Shown here: positions 24,985 to 37,399 of the stretch, one piece after another
Layout of the letters: the number at the start of each line of letters is the position of its first letter
Position numbering within the stretch: position 1 is the first letter of the stretch
NCBI GenBank assembly: GCA_965287045.1
Contig: OZ336881.1
Coordinates: 22,258,001-22,322,000 of the forward strand
Source of the DNA: Carcharhinus amblyrhynchos
Taxonomy: Eukaryota
Direction of reading: 5' to 3'
DNA length: 64,000 nucleotides
The notes under the pieces: generated by a model
Told to the model about the DNA's origin: nothing
Seen by the model: only the letters and a program-made list of their open reading frames with translations
Databases searched by the model: none
Made by a program: the position numbers and the translations under genes

Positions 24985-25445
24985 TGTTCTTCTTTGGCAG
25001 TCCCTTGGAATAAAGGATTATTTGTTTCCACACTAAAAGTGAATTCTCAGATGACTGAGTTGTCCAGTGTGTGGCCTACAGTCTCTGTCACAAGTGGGGT
25101 AGACAGTGGTTGGAGAAGCAAGTGGGGTGCCAGGTCACCACAAGCTCCTTTCACTACCAATGCTTGGCTTCAGCTTGTCTCAATCATGAAACACGAGGTG
25201 TTCTGCACCTTTCCAGATGCTTCTCCTCCACTTTGGGCAGTCTTGGGCAGTGAAAATGTTGTACATTTCCCAAGATGGCTTTGAGGATATCCTTGAAGCC
25301 CTCAGTTCTCCTGGGGCTCACTTGCTGTGTCGAAGCTCCAAGTACAGCACTTGTTTCTGGACTTTTGTGTCAGACATACAGACAATGTGGCCCTCTCTAT
25401 GAAGCTGATGAAACCTAGTCATAGCTTCAATTTCTGGAGTGTAGT
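24985..25445 (-). mobile_element. RTE-clade LINE 3' end, decayed
   Basis: Resembles the RTE 3' UTR/ORF end (..GATATCCTTGAAG..GTGTCAGACATACAGACAATGTGGCC..); probably the same element as 26205-27135. Confidence 0.55.
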
Positions 25446-26204
25446 TGAGGATTCTGATTAATTCTAAACACCCCACATGAAGATAATTAGCAACTAATGT
25501 TTTAATATGAGGTTTGAGAATAATACAAAATATTTAAGTAACATCTTAATAATATCTCTCAGAAATGAATTTGTAACATGCCAGTAAAATGAAAGTTGTA
25601 GTCATAAAAGATATCAACACAAGTTAGGCACAAATTATGCAACAAAGTAAATTACCCAGGCCTGGTGATAATACCAAAAGATAAAGGTGAATTTTGGTTT
25701 TAGAGCTGGTTTAAACTGGTTAGAGAAATGCTGAATCATAAGAAGCCATTTTTGGGAGAGACCTTCCATAAAACAGATAGACAAATGACATCAATATTTG
25801 AAGGTGTCAAAATATGATTAATTGAAGGATATACCATTGTTAGATTGACAGAACAGTGAATGAATGAAATTGCTGTTAATTAAATGCTGGGCTGATTAAT
25901 CTGATAGCAAAAACTATAACCAATCCTGCTTTTTGGCATGAAATCTAAGATCTTTTGTGAAAGCCTGCTAGCTCGTTAGCTGTGTAGATGAATCCAATGA
26001 TCTCCAATTTTGGCCAAAATGAGATTTGTCTTGTCTTAATTGTATGTCTATCTGAATGTTGTTAACTTGTAATGTTTTTGATTCTAACATGTCAATGGTT
26101 TAATTTCATTGAACTGAATAAACTTTTTTTTTGCCACTGTGAAATGAAATGTTTAATGAAAGGATTTAGTCTTGAAATTAATCGGGCCACCTAAAAGAAT
26201 TTCC

Positions 26205-27135
26205 CACAGCCTCTTGGCTTGAGTAAGAACAGTGACGTTTGTGTGCGTATCTAACCAAAAGATTTGTAGGATCTTGTGAAGGCACTGCTGGCAATACTTC
26301 TCCAGGATTTTGAGGTACACACTGTACTTGGGCAATTCTCTGAACCATATATGAGGGAAGGTATCACTATTATTCTATAAACCATGATCTCGGCACCGGG
26401 TCTGGAGGTCCTGATCTTCAAATACACTCATTCTCTGGCGACTAAAGGCTGCGTTGGCACACTGATGTAATGTTGAACCTCACTGTTGATGTCTACCCGG
26501 TGTTGACAGTCAGCTCCCAAAGTATAAAAGGTGGTCCACGTTGTCCAAGGCCTTGCAATAGATTTTGTAACTGGGACAGTGCTGTGCGATGGGGGCAGGT
26601 TGATAGATGACTCTTATCTTATGAATGTTTGGAGTAATGCTCATGCTCTTGTACATCTCAGTGGAGGTGTTGACCATGACTTAGAGCTCAGCCTTGTGTG
26701 CGCAGACACAAGCATTGTCTGCATACGGCAGTTCAGTGACAGAGGATGGGATGATCTTGGTTCTGGCCTGCAGGTGGCAAAGGTTGGGAACATTCCGTTT
26801 TGTAGTTTATCACCATTCGAGCTGAGGATAAGATGCAGCAGTGGAAGAAGCAAGATTGAGAATAGTGTCAGTGTGATGACACTGCTTTGTTTGATCCCAT
26901 CCAAATGCAAATTGGGTCTGTGGTGGATCCATTGGATAGGATCACAGTTGGCATGTCATGGTGGAGCAAGTGAAAGATAGTGACAAACTTTTAGGAGCAG
27001 GCCAAATGGTGGAGGACACTTAATAATCCCTTGCTGTTGACCATGTCAAAGGTCATTGTGAGGTCAAAAGAAGTCCATATGCAAGGGTTACTGATGTTCC
27101 TCACACTTCTCTTGTATGATGATGAAGATCATGCC
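26205..27135 (-). mobile_element. RTE-clade LINE RT fragment, decayed
   Basis: Translations GIKQSSVITLTLFSI (GVKQGCVIAPTLFSI motif), LEKYCQQCLHKILQIFWLD..TNVTVLTQA, and FDLTMTFDMVN. Confidence 0.8.
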
Positions 27136-27692
27136 TGATGACATCGCCCAGCACAAGAGTAACCCTAAAGTCTTTATATGGTCTGTTTCTGTTGTACAAG
27201 CACACTTCAAGGAAATGCAGATTCACAAGTAACATGACAACAGTTATACTAATGAGATCAAATGCAGAGAGATCAATACAGAATACAATTAAACCATAAT
27301 AAAAACAGGTAACAGGTTTGTCAAAAAAATACAGTTGGATTAGGAATTCTCTGCACTTTAAATAAAAATAGACTATCTGCAAAGCCCTAAACCATGATCC
27401 ATTATTCATGCAATAATCGAGTCAAATCAAAACTAAAAGACTTAAAAAAACACTTTGCACAAAAGTGATCTGCAAGTTACAGGCAAAATCTGGTAATGGA
27501 CAGTCCACACAATGGGCTTTAGAATTGAAGAATAAAGGAAACTGCAGAGTGAAATGCACTCAGATCAGAAATACTTGCCTATTATGCTTTTGGGACTGAG
27601 AATTCTACACAATGGAGGTGAACAGGAAGTGAGCTGATCTGCCAGAACCTTATATTTATGTTTAGCTGAAGTTAACCACAATTGCAGATTGT

Positions 27693-27991
27693 AATCGTAG
27701 AATTCTACAGTGCAGGAGGCCATTTGACCCATTGAGTCTGCACTGATCACAATCCCACCCAGATTCTTTCTCATAACCCCACGTAATTACCCTGCAAATT
27801 CTCTGACACTAAGGGACAATTTACCATGGCCGATCATCTAACTTGCATACTTTGTAGTGTGGGAGGAAACCAGAGCACCCAGAGGAAATGCACACAGACA
27901 CAGGGAGAACGTGCAAGCTCTGCACAGACAGTGACCCAAGGCCAGAATTGAACCCAGGTCCCTGGTGCTGTGAGGCTATTGACTGTGCCAC
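27693..27991 (-). mobile_element. HE1/V-SINE-type SINE
   Basis: Same head, core and tail as the other copies. Confidence 0.9.
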
Positions 27992-28429
27992 TATTGTAGT
28001 AGGCAGCAAGAGAACATTTTAGTTGGCCAATGTCACTTTTCCTCATATACACTAAAATAAGCAACTTCTGGACAGTATTTTCAATAAACGTCGACATCTG
28101 AGGCTTGGATAAGATATAAATAAAATAAAGAAATAAATAATACACATTTAGTTGAAAAATACCATTACCATAGCAGGTAACATGAATATTCTGTTATGTA
28201 ATAGTATATTTGAAAGGAGAACTCAATTTTCTACCTTAAAGAGAAGCATTCAAAAAATTATCAGTTAATACTTCAGAACAAAAACCAATGATTGATAGCT
28301 CATTTATGTATTGGGTAGAGAGCTATCAGCAGACATAGGAAATTGTAAGGCATGTTTACATAATTCATGAGCACCAGTAAACAAAATGGTTAAAGAAAGA
28401 GGCCAGTGCATAGCAACTGATTGCTAAAT

Positions 28430-29110
28430 GAGGTGCATAAAAAATGAGGTGGCAAAAGAAATGGTATTATCAGGGCCATGAAATACATAAATGGAGAGTA
28501 ATAGGTCTCTGGGGCAACTGTACTTGGAAGGTGTGTGTCTTGTTATGGTGAAGGATATTGGGATTCTGGAGAATTTGCAGAGGAGGGTTACTAAGGTAAT
28601 TCTGAAATTTTACATTCTAAAGTTAGTCTTTACTTGGAGAATGCAGGGTTAGCGACGTTTTGATTGATGCTTTCAAAACTATGGCATTTGGTTTGAATCT
28701 ATTTAGATACAGGTTTTAGATAGTAGCACTAGAGATCACACTCATAAAATCCTTAGGCAAGAAAAGTCACATTAGACGCCAGTATGCATTTTTTTTATCC
28801 TCGGACAAAATGCAGGAAGAACAGTGACTACTGAACTTGTAACAATCATTGAAAAGGAAATTTGACAAGTTTCTGACAGAAGGGACTGTTTCCAGTTATA
28901 GGGCTACGTTGTTAATTCTAACTCGGCAAATGTGGCCTGTGACGGCTTGTTTGATTGACAGAATGGAGGGAATTTTCCAAAATTTTACTTCAGTTTATCA
29001 CAAGGTTTTTGCCTGTCTCATGAGGTAGCTTTTTAAAGAATGGATGAATTTTATGTGAGGTAGCCTCATTGATTTGATGGGGCAGGATTGATCACTCTAC
29101 TGGTCTTTTC
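28430..29110 (+). mobile_element. Very old CR1 3' fragment
   Basis: Residual GAAGGATATT..CTGGAGAATTTGCAGAGGAGG and CACTAGAGATCAC motifs. Confidence 0.45.
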
Positions 29111-29334
29111 TTGAATTGCATGTTAAACACTGGATTTTGCCCTTAGAACTAAATTACTAACACTTCTTACTTCGCAAGCAACGTAGTTTTTATTACTTAT
29201 TTATTAGATACAAACTGATAATATCTCCCCTGTTTGTTCTTTCTGTCTCCCACAACAGCAAATGCAATTGCTTATTTATATCCAATCTAAACTACCAAGG
29301 GTACAAGGGTAACAAATGTAGTGTCAACTTCAGC

Positions 29335-29480
29335 GAGTATCATTCTTGTCTTGAAGTCGGGAGGTTGTTCGTTCATGTCCCATTGCGGAAACTTGAACAA
29401 ATAATCTAACCTAACACTTTAGTGCTGAACAGAGTGCTGTAACACTGGAGATTCACCCACTCAGATGGGTGTAAAAATAA
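29335..29480 (+). mobile_element. Deu-domain SINE (SacSINE1-like) 5' fragment
   Basis: GGAGGTTG..GTTCATGTCCCA..ACTTGAACAAATAATCTA..CACCCACTCAGATGGGTGTAAAA, complementary to parts of 32650-32840. Confidence 0.55.
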
Positions 29481-30009
29481 ATGAGAGAAAGAGGAGTTCC
29501 ATTAATTTAGCTAATCTTAAGTAGAAAAAAATGCTTCCTCTGGAGAACAGCAGCTTATGATCAGCTGGTTTCTCTTTGCAAACCACAATCATAACTTCAC
29601 ATTACTTCAAACATTTCATTTGGTGCTGGCAATCTCTTCAAATTTATGTCATGCACTGCTAATTAAACTAAAAATGACAAATTATCACTATTTAAAATCA
29701 TGATATACAAAGTGTTCAGAACAGAAAATACACCATCATGCAAAGTTCAAATTGTATTCACAGTTTTTACTGAAAACAGAAGTTTTAATTTGAAAGCGTG
29801 TTAAGTTACAAAATTGTTGAAAGGTTAATAATTTCTATTTGTGAAATGGTTGTATTTAGATTGTCCCTACAACAATCAATATTATATCAATGACATGATT
29901 TGCCCCAGTTGATGTTGTTGAATTAAAACACATGCATCTTGCACTAATCTTTTTCCATTATAAATTTCATGTTTACAATGGATAGTACTTCTATAAACTG
30001 GTCACACTT

Positions 30010-30590
30010 AAGAACATAGGAACAGGAGTAAGCCATTCAGCCCATTGAGGCTGCTCCGCCATTCAACGCGATCATGACTGATCATCCATTTCAGTGTATT
30101 TTGCTCACAATATCCCCATATTCCTTTATGTCAGTGGATTTAGAAATCTGTCAATCTCTGCTTTAAACATATTCAATGACTGAGCTTCCACAGCCCTCCA
30201 GGGTAGAGAATTCCAAAGATCTGCAGCCCTCTGGGTAAAAAAGGTTCTCCTCATCATGGTCTTAAGTGACTTCCCCTTCAGTTTGAAATCATATACTCAG
30301 TTCTGGGCTCTCCAACTAGGGGAAACATCTTATCTGCATCCACCCTATTCCTTTAAGTATTTTGATGGTTTAAATTAAGTCACCCCTTATTCTTCAAAAT
30401 TCTGAAGAATATAGGCCCAGTTTTCACAAGCTCTCTTCTTAAGACAGTCCCGCCATTTCAGGAACAAGTCTAGTAAGCCTTTTTTGCCCTTCCTCTACGG
30501 CAATAATATGCTTCCTAAGATAAAGAGCCAAAACTGTACACAATACTCCAGGTGCAGTCTAACCAAGGTTTCATATAATTGAAGCATGAT
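30010..30590 (-). mobile_element. CR1 LINE 3' fragment, decayed
   Basis: AAGAACATAGGAACAGGAGTAAGCC tail, GGTAGAGAATTCCAAAGAT, CAAAACTGTACACAATACTCCAGGTG. Confidence 0.85.
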
Positions 30591-30790
30591 TTGTCAATGG
30601 TCAATAGAGTCTCAGTTTTTCATCTCCCAACTTCTTTGCTTGTGCTCCAATCAATCCTTCACTTACGAAAAGGTTGTGAATTTTACTAATTAACAATAAA
30701 TCATATAAAAGAAATATAATTTAAAAATCAGGACTGAATGTGTAACTTCAAAGTAATGTCTGAATAATGTTTTAACTTCGGTTTCAATCA

Positions 30791-32148
30791 TGTTATACTG
30801 CAATTCTACCTCACCTGAAAACTATGGGGATGATTCTCTGATCTCATGTGCCTGGCACAGATCGCATGGATCTCGGAGAATAGTGTGTGAGCCTAAAAAT
30901 CAGTTCTGCACCATGTGCCAAAAAGTTAATGATCTTCCCAGCCCCTTTCTATTGCCAGCAAGGCAGATTAGCATACGATTGACTGGATTTCAATCTCATC
31001 AGCGAATATGGCACACGAGCGCCCTCCCTCCCAGAATCCTCCCACCTCTCTGGCAGGACATCGCGCTGGCAAGAATCATCACTTCCACGAGTAGAAACCT
31101 GGCATGATGGCCATATTAGTAGGGCTCCGAGGCCATTGAAACCCGAGTGGTCAGGGGCATGGCTGGGCAGTTCCGATCACCCAGTGCCTCCCGGGCGCAC
31201 TGGCAATGGCCACTGGACACCACAGCTGTGCCAGTTAGGCACTGCCAGTATGTCGGGGCAGTGCCAAAGGAGTGGGGCATGTCAAAGGTCACGAAGGGGA
31301 TGTATTTCAGGGGTCATGATTGGGGGGCATGTCGAGGATCATAATATGGCACCCATCAAAAGGCCCAATGCTGGCAATCCATGTTGGGGAGAGGGAACAT
31401 GCTGCTCTTAGGACTGGAAATAAGCCCGTCCTTTTCCAAGAAATCAGCAAGGTACTTGAGGGGGAATGAGCTGTTTGTTTGTTTTGAACTGCAATCACTT
31501 TAATTGATGGGGCAAAAACTGATGAAGGCTTGTGACTTACTGGAAATCATATGACTGAGATAAGTTTTGCACCTGAGATTTTTGGGGAATAAATAAGAAG
31601 GAAAGCTGCCCGAACTCTCACTCGTCCTTTCTTTCCAGGAACTCTCTGTATGATTGTTAACCTACCGCCAGAGAATCCTCATCTGAATATAATGTGTCTG
31701 CATTTTGAAACCAAAAAAGCTGAGATCAGCAGCGCATCTTCACACAAGGAAGCTTCAGATCAACGGCATGGAAACTTTAACTTTTACCTTTTAAAGTCTA
31801 TCCTCCAAAGCCCATCTCTGCAGAGAGATTACCCGTTTGTCCTTTGCATGTGTGTGTTTGTGCATGCATGTGCCATGCATTTATTGGGATATCTTTAAAA
31901 ACGGAGAGATGGCAATACTTCCAGAATACAATCGTACGTGTACCAATTCTTGCAACTGGGTTTTAAAAGTTTCATTTCATAATAAATCATTGAGCTTATT
32001 GAAAGAAACATGGTCAAAGTCTCTTATTCTGGGCCTGTCAGCAGCGAAGGTAAATAATTGGCCATTTCGATGAGTGGTTTAAACAACTGGTGTGACCTAT
32101 GGAGTCGGACTGGATCAACTGTGTAATCCTCCCATCTTGGTGATAACA
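30791..32148 (+). mobile_element. Probable solo LTR with a nested MITE-like fragment
   Basis: Starts TGTTAT, ends ATAACA; AATAAA at ~31981; flanks CAATCA/CAACCA (5 of 6 match). Confidence 0.55.
30826..31410. mobile_element. Harbinger-type non-autonomous element fragment
   Basis: TIR-like start GGGGATGATTCTC..GGAGAATAG and GC-rich body; other end not found. Confidence 0.45.
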
Positions 32149-32204
32149 CAACCAATACAATTCACTTATAACTGAGTTACTCAAACAACGAGTATCAAGT
32201 ACAT

Positions 32205-32290
32205 TGAAACATAGAAACCAGAAGCAGGAGTAGGCTTCTCATTCAGCCTGCTCTGCCATTCATTTTGATCATGGCTGATTATTGAATTCA
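32205..32290 (-). mobile_element. Short CR1 3'-tail insertion
   Basis: GAAACATAGAAACCAGAAGCAGGAGTAGGC..GATCATGGCTGAT. Confidence 0.75.
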
Positions 32291-32419
32291 ATAGCTTCAA
32301 TTATACCTGTTATTGGGCCACATACAAGCAGATGAAAACCATAAAAATTTGTGACATACTTCGAAACTGTTTTAATCTTAGTATCAGCCTTTTGTAGACT
32401 TTTCATTATGAGATAAAGA

Positions 32420-32846
32420 AAGTAAGTCTTGGATTTGTACAGCACCTTTCATGACCATATCACAGCCAATGAAGTACTCTTGGGATTCTATGCACTGTTG
32501 TAATGCAGGAAATGTGGTACAATTTGCACACAGCAGGTTCCCACAAATAGCATGTAATAATGACCAGATAGTCTTTTTGCAATGCTAACTGAAAGATGAA
32601 TTTTGGCCAGAGTACCTGTAATAACTTCCCTACTCCCTATTAAAATAATGCCATGGTATCTTTTACATTCACCTGAGAGGGCTGATGGGATCTCAGTTGA
32701 ATATCTCACTTGAAAGATAGCATTTTTGACAGTGCAGTACTCCCTCAGCACTATCTTGGAGTGTCAGCCTTGATTATTGTGCTCACATCTTGCAGTGAGA
32801 TTTGAACCTACAGTCTTCTAACTCAGCATCATGAGTACTGGCAGCT
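32420..32846 (-). mobile_element. Deu-domain SINE (SacSINE1/AmnSINE1-related), near full length
   Basis: L2-like tail (CACAGCCAATGAAGTACT..TTGTAATGCAGGAAA..TTTGCACACAGCA), Deu core (TGCCATGGTATCTTTTACATTCACCTGAGAG..GACAGTGCAGTACTCCCTCAGCACT) and tRNA head (TTTGAACCTACAGTCTTCTAACTCAG). Confidence 0.75.
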
Positions 32847-33014
32847 AAAAGTTCTGTCTTCATAATAACTGCCAACGCTCAAGAGTATAACCAAATTATC
32901 CAGCAAATGTTCACTAGACAGATAGTACTGATGTTAATAAGAAACAAAATGCTCTCTGTTCCTGATGCAAAATAAGTATGCTGATCAATAATTAAATAAG
33001 TAATTACACTAAAA

Positions 33015-34580
33015 TGGAATGGTTTCAGCACAGAAGATAGCCAATTGGCCCTTCATGTCCATGCCAGCCCTCTCCAAGCACACCTAGGTAGCCCTGTACC
33101 CCAATCCTTTCCCAAAGGCTTGCAATTTTTTTCTTGGGATAATTATTCGATTTACTTTGAAATTCGTGATTGAATCTACCTCCACCATATATTCTGGCAG
33201 TACATTCAGATCAAATTGTGTAAAAAATAAAGCGTTCCCTTATCACTTTTCGTTCTTGTTATTCACTTTAAAATCAATTACATCTGCTTCTCACATTTTC
33301 ACCAATGATGTCAGTTTCTTCTGATCTATTCCTTCATGATTTTGAACACCTCGGTCAAATCTCCCTCATACCTTCTCCTCTTCAAGGAGGACAAGCCCCG
33401 CTTCTCTAATATATCCACACAACTTGAGAACATAAGAAATAGAAGCAGGAGTAGGCCATCTAGCCCTTCGAGCCTGCCCCGCCATTCAATAAGATCATGG
33501 CTGATCTGTCGTGGCTCAGTTCCACATTCCCGCCCTCTCCCCATAACCCTTAATCCCCTCGCTTATCAAAAACCCATCAACCCGTGTCTTAAAAATATTT
33601 AGTGAGGCAGCCTTCACCACCTCAACAGGCAGAGAATTCCAGAGATTCACCACCCTTTGAGTGAAGAAGTTCCTCCTCAACTCCATTCTAAACCACCCCC
33701 CCTTTATCTTGAGGCTGTGCCCCCTAGTCCTACTGTCCTTTCTGAGCGGGAAGAGTCTCTCCACCTCTATCCTATCCATCCCATTCATCATCTTATATGT
33801 CTCAATGAGATCTCCCCTCATTCTTCTAAACTCTAACGAGTACAAGCCTAATTTATTCAGCCTCTCCTCATAGCTCAACCCCCTCAACTCCGGTATCAGC
33901 CTAGTAAACCTCCTCTGCACTCCCTCCAAGGCCAAAATATCCTTGCGTAAGTACGGCGACCAAAACTGCACTCAGTACTCCAGCTGCGGCCTCACCAATG
34001 CCCTACACAGCTGCAGCAAGACCTCCCCCTTGAACCATTCTCATAATTTTTTTTCTATACCTTTTCTCATGTCTTCGTATCCTTCCTTAAGTGTGTTGCC
34101 CAGAATTGGACACAATACTTAATGTGAGGCCAAACTCATGTTTCGTTAAGATCTGTTAAGGTTATTGGAGTTGTTTGTGTACTCTATGTCTCTGTTATGA
34201 AGCCCAGGATCCTGTATTCCTTACTTACTACTTTCTGAACCCATCTTGCCACCTTCAATGATTTTTGCATATGCCCCTCGATCCTGCTCCCTTTTTAAAA
34301 TTGCATCCTTCATTTTACGTTGTTTCTCAATGCTCCTCTATGAAAATGTGCCACTTCACACTTCTCTGCATTAAATTTCATCTGCCATGTGTCTGCTCAT
34401 TCCACCAGTCTTTACACCCTCATGAAGTTTATCACTATCCTCTTCACAGTTCACTATATTTCCAAGTTTTGCTTCATACCCAAATTTTGAAATCATGCAC
34501 TACACACCAAGCCTAGGTCATTACTATAGATAGCAGTGGTCCTATTACAAAATCGAGGGTAATGCTACCCTATATCTTCT
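33015..34580 (-). mobile_element. Old CR1 3' part, interrupted by a young CR1
   Basis: CAGCACAGAAG..GGCCC tail; RGLSSLKRRRYEGDLTEVFKIMK; continues after 34030 (CCAGAATTGGACACAATACT). Confidence 0.75.
33428..34028 (-). mobile_element. Young CR1 LINE, 5'-truncated
   Basis: ORF 33516..33971 nearly identical to the end of the 489-aa ORF; candidate TSD CTTGA (33423-33427 / 34029-34033). Confidence 0.95.
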
Positions 34581-36034
34581 TCCAGTTTAAAAAAAAACAA
34601 AAACTAATTTAATCAAGTAACTTTCCTAAAGCATTGTCTTAAACCATTTTATTTTACAATGAAAATGCGCTATAAAGAGCTCAACTTATTTAATTATATT
34701 GTTCTTAATTATATCCCAATCAATACTAACAAAAATTCACCGCTTTCTCTTCATGGTCTGTTACTGTTGCATTTCAAACTATGAGAATAGTATGTATTTT
34801 ATTTTTATTTATATATAGTATATAATTATAAATTGGAACAAATGATTTTGCAAAGAAGATGTCCTGCTGGCAGTTAAATTTAAATGATCTGCTTATAAAC
34901 CTAACATTAATAAAATCATCTGATTTACATAAACATTGTAATAAAGCCTTTATACAATTCAAGTAGTCACACAAAACAAAATTATGGCTCAAACACATCA
35001 AGAGGCAATCCAAATGCAAATCAGCATTGGCCCCACCATGGTACATATCATGTTTATAAATAATACAGGGCAAGTTTTTTTTGATTCCTAAAATCGTGGC
35101 CATGTGGCTCATCAAACCAATTCATTATGCACCATGCACATTATCTAGCGTCACTGACTCTACCAATTTATCCATTCTGCATAACCACAGCATCAGCAAT
35201 AAAGGATAGCAACTTATTATTTGATCTTAATGAATCATACACCATGGATATTTTCAGTTCAATCATATCTTCAAACTTACCCTATACTTCTAATCCCCTC
35301 TGACACATTTCATCCAACTGCATGAACTATTTAAGTGATATTGTGATTTAACAGAGGATGACATAGCTTGTTCCCACTTTCTATCTAAAGCAAACAAATT
35401 GATTACAGTAACCTTAGATTTAAAAATGAATACTAAATACTCCTGTAACATCACACCTGCCCATCTGATCAGGTGGCAGGATAGGCAAGTATTCAGTGGG
35501 CCAGATGAACTGTGCTGCTTGTCTCTTTTCCAAGATCAAATTAGTTGAATAATGGCTGAACATCCCAACTGCAATAAGCACATTGATGTGATAGCCTGAT
35601 CTGTACATAGCCTTAATCTGCAAGGCAGTGTTGAACACAACATGTTTAAAACTAAAAAAAAGTTGTTCGTTCCACTTTAAGAAATATTCCATTTTGAGCT
35701 AAGTACAAGGATCTATCCTGAACCAAATAAATATTTATTGTTTTGAGATTAGGGAATGCTGCACTAGAATTGTGTGTACCTTTGTACTGAAGAAAATGCT
35801 TTTTCAAAGCCATCCAGTTACATCAGACCCACCTTCTTCTTGTCCCTCATTGAGCCCTTTCCTCGCACCATAATCTTGCATCCTGTCTCTGCTTCCAGTT
35901 GTTTTGCTGTTAGCCCCCTGGGTCCAAGAATTCTTCCAACAAAGTTGAACTAGTTAGAGGAGAAAAAGAAATGATCATTAAAGTCCTTTAAATGAGATGT
36001 TGACATCAGTGAAAGTGCTTCACTGATAATAACA

Positions 36035-36660
36035 AATCATAGAATCATACAGCACAGAAGAGGCCCTTTAGCCCATCAAGTCCACACTGACTTGCAAGAA
36101 ACACCTGACCTCCCACTAGTTCCATTTACCAGCACTTGGTCCATAGCCTTGAATGTGATGATGTGCCAAGAGCTCATCCAGATTTTTTTTTTAAAGGATA
36201 TGAGGCAATTCACCTCTATCACCCTCCCAGACAGCATACTCCAGACCGTCACCACCCTCTGGTTTTCTTCACACCCTCCCCCCCCAAACCTCTTGCTCCT
36301 CGCATTGAATTGTGTCCCCTCGTGACTGAATAAGAAGAAGAAGCTGCTCTTTATCCACTCTGTCCATGCCCCTCATAATCTTGTACATCTCGATCAGGTC
36401 GCCCCTCAGTTTTCTCTACTTCAAAGAAAACAAAAAAAGCCTATCCAATCTCTGTTCATAACTTAAATGTTCCAGCCCATATCTGCACCCCCTCCAGTGC
36501 AGTCACATCTTTTCTATAATGTAGCACTCTAGCTGTGGCCTCACCAAAGTTCTATGCAGCTCCAACATGACTTCTTGCTTTTGTAACTTATGCCTCAATT
36601 GATAAAGGCATCTCTCCCATGTGCCTTTTTCACCACCCTATTAACATGCCCTTCCACCTA
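36035..36660 (-). mobile_element. CR1/HER1-type LINE 3' fragment
   Basis: ATCATAGAATCATACAGCACAGAAGAGGCCC tail similar to the HE1 SINE tail; CR1 ORF2 end motifs. Confidence 0.8.
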
Positions 36661-37399
36661 AAAAAAATACTATAAATGTTACACCTTGGGCACTGGATTC
36701 TGGAAATAGAGACACTTTGAAATAATTCAGATCTTCAGCTGTATAATAGGTTTGATATACGGAGTGAATTATGTGGAATTATTATGGAGGACATCACATA
36801 ACGAGGATGAAATAAAATGTGTCGACTTAGCTTTGCAAGCCTAATTTGAAGAGAAGTACATGATTTGATTCAACTTGGTTTTGAGCTAGCTTTTTAAAAG
36901 AACAATTTCTGATGTATTAAAAATCTTACACCGCCACATATTTTCTTTTTGCATAACAACTTTCAGCAATCATGTTCGTGTCACACATTTTGTGTCAACA
37001 TTTTCTCAATCAGATGATTTCCTTATCTAAACTGGTCAATCTGACTTTATGAGAAGCTGATGGTCACATTACTCACCATTCAAAATGCTTTCCGAACATA
37101 ATTTTCATCTGCTAATTTTTCCCTTCAAAAGCTAAAATTGAATGGGAGTCAAAGAGTGATGAAAAGAATAGCTGGAAGGTTAGGTGCAAGGAGGGAATGA
37201 TACGGACGTTGAGAGGAGTGCAACTGTGATAGGTGGGAGAAAGAGGATTGGATAGTGAGAAGATAAAGGAGTATGGAACATAATGAGATACTCGAGAGAT
37301 TTTAGGAAAAGGGAAATGGAACAGCGAGGGCCATATTTTACCTACAATCGCAATCACAAATGCATCCATTGCTGATGTTGTGACAAATGTGAGAAAGAA

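Noticed and set aside
37071-37112. Possible minus-strand micro-exon ending ATG|GTGAGT
   Set aside because: Good donor, but no polypyrimidine acceptor and no recognisable peptide
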